In this document: piece after piece, positions 37,104 to 47,000 of the stretch
Numbering within the stretch: the stretch's first letter is position 1
How the letters are laid out: each line of letters opens with the position of its first letter
Source: a virus
Lineage: Duplodnaviria; Caudoviricetes
Length of the DNA: 64,000 bases
Direction: 5' to 3' (one strand)
IMG/VR virus record: IMGVR_UViG_3300037067_017690
Location: 41,869-105,868 of that record
Program-made: the position numbers and the translations under genes
Notes under the pieces: model-generated
The model's input: the letters and a program-made list of their open reading frames with translations, nothing else
What the model was told of the DNA's origin: nothing
Databases searched by the model: none

Positions 37104-37518
37104 ATTTAAAGATGCATTAGACCAAACAGTAATAATCGGTGAAAATCACAATTTATTTTTAAATTTGGAGATTCTTTTTGAAGATGATTGCTTCTATGAA
37201 ATAGGTTTGGCAAGTGAAGATGAAATAAATGATGGAAGTGCCCTTTTTTATGGGTCAGGAGATCCAGGTAGTACCGAAACCTATTTCAGTGAAGATGAAG
37301 TTAAAAAATATCTTTCTCACTGTATTTCTATGACTCCTATTTTGAATAAAATTTATGGAAAAGAAGATGCTAGTGAACTCAGTGATTCAGTATTTCTCAA
37401 AGAAACTGATATGACATATATATTAATTCGCTTGGTAAAGAATTTCTTGGGCAAAAAACGAAATCTTATCAAAACAAAAGATAAAAAATATCAGTGGGTT
37501 ATCAAAAATGTTAAGTAA
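37093..37518 (+). CDS. Hypothetical protein
   Basis: 141-aa ORF, GGAG SD. Confidence 0.55.
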   Translation: MKNEFKDALDQTVIIGENHNLFLNLEILFEDDCFYEIGLASEDEINDGSALFYGSGDPGSTETYFSEDEVKKYLSHCISMTPILNKIYGKEDASELSDSVFLKETDMTYILIRLVKNFLGKKRNLIKTKDKKYQWVIKNVK

Positions 37519-38129
37519 TAAAATCGATAAATTTGCGGCCAAAAAAGAATTATATAAAGTCTTCTTGGATAAATTACCGAGAGAAGAATTGATAAGAAAA
37601 TCCTTATCAGATCTTGAAGATAATGAATTTACAGAACTTCAAGATTTCGTTGGTAACCATCAAAAAGTTTGTAATTGGTCAACAAACATTGGGCTAATGG
37701 AAGCAATTGAACATATTGTGGATGATGCAAGAGGAAATGATAATATCAATGAATAAAATTAACGAAACAAAATCTTATATTACTTATGAACATGAAAAAG
37801 TATTAATTTCTTTTTATAAAACTATATGCTATTCTGTAAAATGGTATAGTAATACAATCAGAATTAAATATGATTACACTAAAAATAATATTTTGAATGA
37901 ATTTATTGGATCTCCTCATTTGGCAGTTTATACAATTTCAAATCTCGATGATAAAACTCCAGAGGAAACTTTAAAAAATAATTTTTCAGAACTTTTAAAA
38001 TCAATTTCTAATACGATAAACATAGAAATTAAAAGATATTCAAAATCTGTAAATACCAAAAAAGATGAAGATAAATTTTTTTGTAAAGCATTTTCTAAAC
38101 ACAAAGTAGATAAGGATTGGGAAATATGA
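37508..38129 (+). CDS. Two small coupled hypothetical ORFs (37508..37756 and ~37749..38129)
   Basis: ORF track; overlapping start/stop. Confidence 0.45.
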
Positions 38130-38154
38130 GTAAATATAAAGGATATTAAGTAAA

Positions 38155-38185
38155 TCTTTACATTCTCAAAATTGTTTTCTATTCT
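38155..38185 (+). promoter_or_regulatory. Sigma70-type (early) promoter TCTTTACA-17-TATTCT
   Basis: Motif match upstream of AAGGAG SD. Confidence 0.65.
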
Positions 38186-38207
38186 ACAATTAAATAAGGA
38201 GAAATAT

Positions 38208-38648
38208 ATGAATAAAATTAAATATGTATACAAATTTTATATTCCTGTTAAAATTCAATTTTTGAATAGTAATGATGAAAATGATGAAAAATTATTTTCA
38301 AATCTTTCCGATAGATCAAAAAAAGATGTTTTTGAGGAGATCAAAAACGATTTTGATAGTTCTAATCTTGAACAATATGCAACGGATGTAATTGATGGAA
38401 AAATCGTTTCAATGACAATAACCGGATATTCATTAAATGGCGTATATTGTGAAGTGGGAGTTTGTAAAAAATTAACTAAGAAAGAAATTTATCAAGTTAT
38501 AAATTACATTTCAGGACAATGTTCTGATGGTTGGGGAGAATGTTGCGAACAAAAAGAAAAATTTGTTGATGGTATAGAATGTTACATACTTACTTGGTGG
38601 AGTGAAGAATATCCTGAAATTGAATATGTTGGAGTATCAAAAGTATGA
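38208..38648 (+). CDS. Hypothetical protein
   Basis: YISGQCSDGWGE motif; start at MNKIKY after SD. Confidence 0.6.
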   Translation: MNKIKYVYKFYIPVKIQFLNSNDENDEKLFSNLSDRSKKDVFEEIKNDFDSSNLEQYATDVIDGKIVSMTITGYSLNGVYCEVGVCKKLTKKEIYQVINYISGQCSDGWGECCEQKEKFVDGIECYILTWWSEEYPEIEYVGVSKV

Positions 38649-39931
38649 AAACAAGAAAAATAAATAGAGTTCATTTTATAATCACTGGAGAATGGCTCAC
38701 TTGGATGTTGAGACATTTGTGGGTCGAAGGCAGCGAAGTAAAAGCTGTCAATGTATGGTGTGGGGCTTTTCCAAAATTAACTAGTGAAAAGATCATAAAA
38801 ACTCATTTTCTTGATGTGGTATCTGGGAGAAAGAAATTTGTTGGTGATAATGAATATGATCTTGTTGATGATAATAAGAAATACTGGAGCACATATCAAG
38901 ATGGGGAAGAAAATACTTCTTTCCCTTTACTCCAGAGTTGGGAAGATGTGATTCTCCTGAAAAAAGTGAAGCTTTATTTTTCAGAAATGAATCTTCGAGG
39001 AGTCAGAATGAATAGAAGATTCGCTACTACTCAAGAAGGCAATGGAAATAATTCTATATATTGGGCACAAGCAGTAGAAGAAAATAAAACAGAAAATTTT
39101 TATCGCAAACACGTAAGTGATAATTGGTCAGAAATCAGGAATTTGACAATGCGTTTGAAAATGGATCTGGATTTACAAATGCTTGAAACTCCTGATGCTC
39201 CACTTCCTGTTACTCCTACATTCAATACTAAAAAAGCATATCCGAAAGCAAAAGGAAATATTGATCAATGTTTTGATTTACGAGATGAAATTGAAGCGAT
39301 TCTTACACCGATAAGAATTTATTTTGAAACAAAATATGAAGGACATATTCACATTGATGATACTATGAATTACAGTGGATTATCACAGTTCAATAAATGG
39401 GATATTGCCAAAGAAGAAAAACGAAGAGGAGAAGAATCAAATATTAGCGAATTGGCTCTTGAAGAACGTGATCAAGAAAATAAATCCGAATCTTTGATTG
39501 AAAAAATCGAAAAGGGTAAATCTTTAGATGTTATGGCTTACGTCCACAATCTTGTTGAAGATAGTAAACGTGAAGATCGTTTCGAACCAGATCAGCCAGA
39601 AAATACAAAATGGACTTCAGGATACATTGATAGAGAAGGAAAACTTTATACATGTGCTGATTTACAACATATAAATTTTGCTGATGAATTATGTGAACAT
39701 TTCAAGTTAAAGAAAGACAAAGACGAAGATACTCAAATAACTCTTGACAAATTAGGATGGGTAAAAATATCTATGAGTAGATTTATGTGGGTGGAAAGAA
39801 TTAAACCTACCGAAAAACAAATAAACACTATGCACCGATACATGCTTGGAAAAGGAATGAAAAAAGCTCTTTTTAATACATTCTTGCCAGAAAATGCAAA
39901 AACTTTAGGAGAAGTGTTTAATGATGATTAA
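38645..39931 (+). CDS. Hypothetical protein
   Basis: 428 aa; C-terminal GYIDREGKLY...H...LGWVKI segment. Confidence 0.65.
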   Translation: MKTRKINRVHFIITGEWLTWMLRHLWVEGSEVKAVNVWCGAFPKLTSEKIIKTHFLDVVSGRKKFVGDNEYDLVDDNKKYWSTYQDGEENTSFPLLQSWEDVILLKKVKLYFSEMNLRGVRMNRRFATTQEGNGNNSIYWAQAVEENKTENFYRKHVSDNWSEIRNLTMRLKMDLDLQMLETPDAPLPVTPTFNTKKAYPKAKGNIDQCFDLRDEIEAILTPIRIYFETKYEGHIHIDDTMNYSGLSQFNKWDIAKEEKRRGEESNISELALEERDQENKSESLIEKIEKGKSLDVMAYVHNLVEDSKREDRFEPDQPENTKWTSGYIDREGKLYTCADLQHINFADELCEHFKLKKDKDEDTQITLDKLGWVKISMSRFMWVERIKPTEKQINTMHRYMLGKGMKKALFNTFLPENAKTLGEVFNDD

Positions 39932-40068
39932 AATCTATGTTTCTTTACTCATTACAATTGCTCTTTACATAATGTGGAATGGATTAAAGATTGAGTATGG
40001 TAAACCAGATAGCGGGAAAACTCATTGGAAAATAGAAATTTATTCCTTGAAAAGATTTTTCAAATAAG

Positions 40069-40099
40069 TCTTTACATTCTTCTCGTTATCATCTATCTT
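40069..40099 (+). promoter_or_regulatory. Sigma70-type (early) promoter TCTTTACA-17-TATCTT
   Basis: Motif match, followed by GGAGG SD and a short ORF at 40117. Confidence 0.65.
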
Positions 40100-40205
40100 A
40101 TATTCGGAGGTATTAAATGGATCTTGATCACAAAATTTTAGCTAAAGACATAAAGAATTTCCTTCATGATTATGCAAAAATAAATCATGAAAATGAAATT
40201 AGTGT

Positions 40206-41402
40206 TCACGTCTTAACCGTCACATACTTATCGAGAGCGTCTTCATTATTCGAATAACCCATTCTCTTATAACCATCAACTGTGACGGCAGGCGACGCAG
40301 GAGAGGCGTTGACACCGCTGAAGTAAATACGTTTATCCTGAGCTAATAAATTTCTACGTTTTACATAAGCATCTACAGCAAAATTAGTAATTCCAGAACC
40401 TTTTTGTAATCCAGAAGGAACAGCCATTTCTATTTGATAAATTTCATGTAATTTTCTACATTGAATTTGGTTAGCATTCCAAAATGTAATTGTTTGTGCA
40501 TTATTATTAATTTTGAAATTTGTCCACCAATCACCTACATAAATACGCTCTCCTGGAATAAATTTATCAGAAAATAAATGACGAATAATTGTTTTCCCAT
40601 CAACTGTGTAAAAACATTCATTATATACATCAAAAAATGAAATATTACTTAATGAATATGTGTAATTAGTTAAAGTTAATAGTTCATTATATTTTTTAAT
40701 CATTACCTTATTATCGTAGAACACAACAAATCCAAATGAATCAATTATTCTATATGCTATGTTGGAATACAAATATGATACTTTTAAAATTTCTTTAAAA
40801 ATATCATAAGCATAAAATCTGTCATTTTTTGACACAAGCATTGTTTCTGCATTAGAAGCAATAAATGTGTAATTGGCAAGATGAGAAAAATTATAATGAT
40901 CAAATTGAGGAATGTAAAAAGAAGTTTTTCCATCTGAACTAAAAATAATACATGTGTGTCCTAAATTATAAAAATCTGCAATTAATGTGTTAAAATCTTT
41001 TTCTCTATATAATGACCAATCAGCACATTTATAAATTCTTAAACGTCCACCTGCGGAAATGCAAGCGAGTGTATTTGTATTTTCATTATATTTTACATAT
41101 AAACTTACAAAAGGAACACTAAATGAAATTCCCCCGCCGTCGGGGAATTCTATAATAGTTGAAAATCCTGTGGTATAATAGCTTATTATTATTTCTTCAC
41201 TAATTAATTCAATTAATTTACTTTGCATCGAAGTAACAACCAATTCGGTTGTACCACCTTTATTAAATTCTGTAACAACGGCATTGCTAGCCGAAGATAT
41301 ATAAATAGTATTGTGTGTGGAAAGTAAATCGTAAATATTTTCTGAAGAATAATATGTTTCGTCATTCATAGTGAATAAATCAGTTCCTTTGCCTTCTTCC
41401 AT
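40206..41402 (-). CDS. Beta-propeller-like putative tail/virion protein
   Basis: 398 aa of short beta-strand repeats; last gene of large minus operon; start possibly 41369. Confidence 0.5.
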   Translation of the reverse strand: MEEGKGTDLFTMNDETYYSSENIYDLLSTHNTIYISSASNAVVTEFNKGGTTELVVTSMQSKLIELISEEIIISYYTTGFSTIIEFPDGGGISFSVPFVSLYVKYNENTNTLACISAGGRLRIYKCADWSLYREKDFNTLIADFYNLGHTCIIFSSDGKTSFYIPQFDHYNFSHLANYTFIASNAETMLVSKNDRFYAYDIFKEILKVSYLYSNIAYRIIDSFGFVVFYDNKVMIKKYNELLTLTNYTYSLSNISFFDVYNECFYTVDGKTIIRHLFSDKFIPGERIYVGDWWTNFKINNNAQTITFWNANQIQCRKLHEIYQIEMAVPSGLQKGSGITNFAVDAYVKRRNLLAQDKRIYFSGVNASPASPAVTVDGYKRMGYSNNEDALDKYVTVKT

Positions 41403-42439
41403 TTTTTTAAAACTTCAATATTTACATTCATATTCTTTTTATCATTTTCGAACCAATATAATACGTATGCATCCTGATATTCTAATGGAAACTTTTTCCA
41501 TTCAGAAAATTCTTTTTTACATTCATATATAAACATTGGATTTTTAGTATATTCAATCAATGATTTTGATTTAAGGGTTAAATCGGTAACACACTTCTTG
41601 CAAAAATCATTGTACATTTTTGAATAATAAGAATTATTCGCTATCGCTGGTTCACCTTCTGGGAATCTTCCTTTGATGACATCTTTAGCATAATAATAAG
41701 CCTCTCTAGAATCTTTAGCAATTTCTGGTTCTATTAACGAGAATCTTCCTTTAATAACATCTTGAGCATAATAATAAGCATTATAAGGCTCTTTTGCTAT
41801 CGCTGGTTCACCTTCTGGGAATCTTCCTTTAATAACATCTTTAGCATAAATATATGCATAATAAGGATCCCTAGCTATCGCAGGTTCACCTTCTGGGAAT
41901 CTTCCTTTAATAACATCTCTAGCATACCAATATGCATATTTAAGATCTTTAGCTATAGCAGGTTCTCCTAATGGGAATCTTCCTTTGATTATATTCAGAG
42001 CATAATTATATGCTAATTTAGCATCTTTAGCTATTACAGGTTCTCCTAATTCAAATCTTCCTTTAATAACATTTAGAGCATACTCATATGCCCATTTAGG
42101 ATCCTTAGCTATTTCAAGTTCTAATTCTTTTAATTTTCCTGATAATTCTGGTTTTCTCTGGATTATTGATCTAAGAATTCTAGCTTCATTCAATATATCT
42201 CTTTCTTCTTGTTCAAATTCTATTTCAAATTGGTATTTTTGAATTGGAAGCAATTGAATTAATTCTCTTATAGTAAGATTAGATTGATCTTGGTAATTAT
42301 ATAATCCTCTTTTTCCAGTTGCAGCAAATTCTTGATTGTCTTCTCCTGTCATTTCAATCTTACTCATTACTGGGAGTGTTAACAAATATTCTAAGGGATG
42401 GTATTCGGAAGCATATTTAATTTGTTGAGAAAGGGTCAT
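41366..42439 (-). CDS. Helical tandem-repeat protein (25-aa repeat IAKDxxxAYxYAxDVIKGRFPEGEP, ~7 copies)
   Basis: Repeats visible in protein and as 75-bp DNA repeats ~41640-42115. Confidence 0.85.
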   Translation of the reverse strand: MTLSQQIKYASEYHPLEYLLTLPVMSKIEMTGEDNQEFAATGKRGLYNYQDQSNLTIRELIQLLPIQKYQFEIEFEQEERDILNEARILRSIIQRKPELSGKLKELELEIAKDPKWAYEYALNVIKGRFELGEPVIAKDAKLAYNYALNIIKGRFPLGEPAIAKDLKYAYWYARDVIKGRFPEGEPAIARDPYYAYIYAKDVIKGRFPEGEPAIAKEPYNAYYYAQDVIKGRFSLIEPEIAKDSREAYYYAKDVIKGRFPEGEPAIANNSYYSKMYNDFCKKCVTDLTLKSKSLIEYTKNPMFIYECKKEFSEWKKFPLEYQDAYVLYWFENDKKNMNVNIEVLKKWKKAKELIYSL

Positions 42440-42699
42440 TCAATAATCCTCCAATGATTTTTAATATTTGATTTGAGAACCACACCATGTTCGCCTAATT
42501 GAACATTCTTCATAGACTTTTTTTCTCCAGCAGTAGAAACCACACTAATTTCGTAACAATCATTCATATCACGAATGACTTTTATTCGAGTGCCTTTTGG
42601 GGCAACTAATATATCTAATTTTCGGGTGTCTTTGAAAATTGGTGTTTTTATCAATTTTGCTTCAAATCTTAACTGACTATATTCGCATTTATTCGGCAT
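42436..42699 (-). CDS. Hypothetical small protein, SH3-like
   Basis: 87 aa; largely intergenic position; start uncertain. Confidence 0.4.
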   Translation of the reverse strand: MPNKCEYSQLRFEAKLIKTPIFKDTRKLDILVAPKGTRIKVIRDMNDCYEISVVSTAGEKKSMKNVQLGEHGVVLKSNIKNHWRIIE

Positions 42700-44072
42700 T
42701 TTCCCACTCCTTCTATATTCACAGTTGTAGATGCATATCCATTCGCATTTGTAATTGAACTAGGAGTAACTAAAGTTGCTGATACTGTCGCATCAGGAAC
42801 TATTTCCCAATTCAATGTGACACCTTGAATAGGCTCATCACTTGCATCTGTTACTTTTCCAGTTATAATAATTGTTTTTTCTATATTTTCCCATTCAAAA
42901 GTTTTCTCATTTGCTGTTAATTGCAATATATATCCATTCATTAAAGTTCTGAAAATTATTTCATTACTATTTTCAGTTGTGTAAATAACTTGTTCAGAAG
43001 GAAAATCAACAAGTACATCTTTAATCAAATCTGTTATGTAATATCCACCTATGTAAGTAATAGAATCAGAAAATACTTTATAAATTGATAATTTTGTATC
43101 TCCTGATTCGTTCCCTACAATTATTGATAATCCAGCAACTCTATCAAAAATAAATTGTTCTAATGTGAGGGCAAATGTTTTAGTAGCAACAAGCCAATTT
43201 GAAGTTTTTGTAACATCATAAATTTGCAAAGAATTTGTTTTAAGTATAACTATATAGCCTTTTTCTCCAATAAAATATTCTAAACCAACTAAATTAGCTA
43301 TTCCAATTGGAATTGTTTTTGTGATGATTTTTACTATTGGATCAATAATTATTACATCATCTCCAGAAGTAGAAATTAAATTTTCTCCAGTAGTAAATTT
43401 AACACCTTCTCCTTCAAAAGAATATCCCCCATCATTCGTAATAAAACCACCTTCTCCAGGTAATGTTAACCAATTCTCGATATTGCCAGAACTTAAATCA
43501 TATCTAAATATATATTGTGAATTTTTTTTGGTTATAAAAAATAAATTATTTGTACCAACTAATTTGAAATCTTGCTGTTCGGTTACAAATTCATTAAGTG
43601 TAAATCCTGTATTTCTGACAGACACAGTATCAGTAACATAATTCCATTTGATTTCTTCAATATCACCAGTATAAATCCTAAATAAAAATAAAAAATTATT
43701 ATCAATAGCATCTACAGAAAATAAATGCAATGTTATTTTTAATTCAGTTGAATAAGGGATTGTCCTTGTTAACACATTTGTATCTTGTAAAATATTTCCG
43801 GTCATATCAATAATAACCATGCGAAGTGTTAAAATTAAATCTCCACCAATATCTTCTTCATATTTTTCTAAAAGCAATCCCAATCTATCTAAATTATTTA
43901 AAAATTGGGCATCAAGAATATTCCATCCTGCAAAATCAAAAGATGAAATAACTGTTTCTGTAAAATTAAATAAAATTCCTGCATTATTATCATTACCTAT
44001 AGAACAAAATCCTTTATTAGATAATCTTGATATTCTAAATAATTGAGCTGCACCTGTTAAATTTATCGACAT
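42669..44072 (-). CDS. Putative tail protein: beta-propeller-like + C-terminal Ig-like (Big_1-type) domain
   Basis: ITGKVTDASDEPIQGVTLNW...SSITNANGYASTTV. Confidence 0.6.
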   Translation of the reverse strand: MSINLTGAAQLFRISRLSNKGFCSIGNDNNAGILFNFTETVISSFDFAGWNILDAQFLNNLDRLGLLLEKYEEDIGGDLILTLRMVIIDMTGNILQDTNVLTRTIPYSTELKITLHLFSVDAIDNNFLFLFRIYTGDIEEIKWNYVTDTVSVRNTGFTLNEFVTEQQDFKLVGTNNLFFITKKNSQYIFRYDLSSGNIENWLTLPGEGGFITNDGGYSFEGEGVKFTTGENLISTSGDDVIIIDPIVKIITKTIPIGIANLVGLEYFIGEKGYIVILKTNSLQIYDVTKTSNWLVATKTFALTLEQFIFDRVAGLSIIVGNESGDTKLSIYKVFSDSITYIGGYYITDLIKDVLVDFPSEQVIYTTENSNEIIFRTLMNGYILQLTANEKTFEWENIEKTIIITGKVTDASDEPIQGVTLNWEIVPDATVSATLVTPSSITNANGYASTTVNIEGVGKCRINANIVS

Positions 44073-47000
44073 TACATTACCTTCCTTGATCTATAAGCTA
44101 TTGCTATAAAATGCATTTGATGATCTGGCCATCTATCTAAATAAAAAGTTTTACTCCATTCTGTGTCCTGATTTTCTTCCCAATGTCCATAATGAGTAAT
44201 TTCACCATCATGATATGTAGTTGGATCATATCTCCACCCCTTCATATTCCCAAGCCAATTTTGTTGCCAAGTTTTATGTTTACCAGGAGATGATTGTGCA
44301 TCATTTCTATCAAGAGTTACAGAATAATATCCATTCCCAATATAACATTCTACAGTGGCTTTAGGGACATTGTTTCCAAATCTATCTTTTACACTTATAG
44401 AAATTGCTTTTTCTTCTGAAAAATAATCAGTTTTATGATACATTCTTTTTTTAACTTCATCGAAATCCCAATAAATTTCCCATGAATCCGGAATAGCAGG
44501 AGATCCTTGGCCACTGTGAAATTCGAGATATCCTGGTTCTGCAAAATCAGCAAATGCCATAAATGGTCTGTTCGCTTTAAATCCATATCTCCACATACCA
44601 TTAGATTTTAAAGCAAGACATGATTCTTTTCCATCTCCATCATATAATTTATCAGCTATAAAATTTTCATTACAAATTTCTGTAATTGTTATATCGTTGC
44701 CAATACGATCCCATGTATATGTATAAATTTTCGTATCATCAATTGTAAATAAAAATTTATCTTTTACGATAACATCTTTTGATGTTCCACTTAAAGATAA
44801 AGAATCAATTGCTGCAAGATTATTTGTATTTAAAATATCAATATTTCCACTATTAACTAAAAGCCAAATATCTCCATTCCAAAATTCAATTTTTTCTATT
44901 GAAGAATAATCTAAACCATGAGAAAAAGCTTTTGTTACAACATTCAAACGAACTATTTTATCAGATCTCAAGAAAAATACATTCATGCGATATTTTTTGA
45001 TGTAATCAAAATCTTCTCCCATATTAACTGTTGTTTGCACAGTGTTATTATCAATAAAAATCATTCTTTGATTTTCACAGAGCAAAATTAATTGCCCTGC
45101 ATAAAATTCTGCATCTTTAATATTATATCCAACTGTAATCGGAATATTAAATAAATTATTTTCATTTTCTAGCGCCTGATCAAATCTAATAGTTCTGTAA
45201 TTTACTAAAGTTGTTTGAATATCAACATAATATATTTTTCCTCCAAATATATAAGCATATTCAAATGCCGAAATATTAGATAAATTTAAAATTTTCTTTA
45301 AAGTTCCTGTAGATTTCTCTCCGATAAACAAATCACCAGCTGAATTTGATATTACAACATTTAAATTATCAATGACTGCAAATTGAGCCAGTGTAATTGG
45401 CCAATTCCCAGTAAGAGTTCTAGTTGTATAAGTAGAATTATCTCCTACTCGATACATTAAATCACCAGTATTGCTTTGGTATAAGATTATGTATTCGTCA
45501 ATTATTTTGTTAACATAAATAGAAATAACATTAAATAAATTTGAATCAAATTCAGAAAATGTATTTCCGCTAAATTGGTATAATTTATTTGTTTCAGTTC
45601 TAATAAATCGATCAGTATTTATTTGATGAGTGTCTTTGATTGCTGCTGGTAAATTATTTATTAAAGTTGTTCTTGCGAATGTTTCGGTAGAAGTATTAAA
45701 TTCTAATAGTTTCAAATCAATCCCATCATCTGATAATGCTTGAAATATATTTATTGATGGATTAAAAATTCTATGTTTTAAACTAAGAATTTCTCCTGTG
45801 TTTAAATAATTTTCAGCAAAAAATAATTTGCTAGATCCTTGTTTTGTAGCTAAATCTAATTCATGCAACATTCCTGTTTCAAAATTATAAATTGAAGTGC
45901 TGTTAAAAACTTTTTTACAATAAATAAACGATTTTTCAAAATCAAATATTTTTAATTCATTAGCATTTGTTTCATCATAAACATATAAATTTTTTGCATC
46001 ATCAGCAATGAATATTGTTCCAATAGTATTTATTCGTTCTTTTAAATGAATATTCGTAAAGAAATTAAATGTTTTTTGATATGATGAGAAATCACTCCAT
46101 CTAATTGTTTCTAATGCATTAGCGGCAATTCTATATGATAAATTCATTCCGTCAAATGTAAATTCTAAATTGCCAGCATAAGTATTTGTAATCATATATG
46201 ATTTAGTTCTATTAATTCTTGGCCATGTTGAAATAGTTGTTTTAAAAATTTTTTCAGAATATAAATCATAATAATACATAATATCAGAATTCACATTATC
46301 TACAATAGCTTTTTTGATAACGCCAATAGGACGATAATTTCTTTTATTTGTTAAATTTTTAATGTAATTTTTTGTCATTAAAAATGTAGTAGATGCATTT
46401 TTGGTAATACCAACAAAATTACCTGTATTCATTTGTTCAAAACTATCAATTATATAATATGATGGATGTAATGAATTTACAGGAATAGATGCTAAAGTCA
46501 AAGTTGTAGAAGTATTTGAATTAATTATAACATCTATTGTAGATCCATATCCAAAATCCAGTAAAACTGTACGACCAGTTTGTCCATTAACAGTCCATGT
46601 TTTAATTGTGTCAGTTAATGTGCTACCAACTACAGTAGCGGTTCCGGAATCAACAACTTGCTGAGATGGTTGACCATAATTTATTACAATTTGATAAGAA
46701 CAATTTAAAGTCCATGTAATACTAGAATTCTGTAATGCTAAAATATTATTTGTGTTATTTAAAATATATTCACCAATTCTATTTTTCTTAAATTCTATTG
46801 ATACATATTTTCCAGTAAATTCATTAACAGTCCAAGATTTAGATGTGTCAGCTAAATTTACCCCATTAATATTACTTATTGTATTTGAATCAAATGGATC
46901 TGTATAAGTTCCTGTAATATTCGTGAAATCTAAAATGACTGACATTGTATGATTTACTTTATAATAAGTATCATTACAAATGAATTCAATTTCTGTTCCT

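Noticed and set aside
43321-44601. Short antisense/nested ORFs in the track here and throughout (e.g. 1938, 6289-8454, 33286-34455, 52835, 57804)
   Set aside because: They overlap longer well-supported genes and lack SD or recognisable motifs
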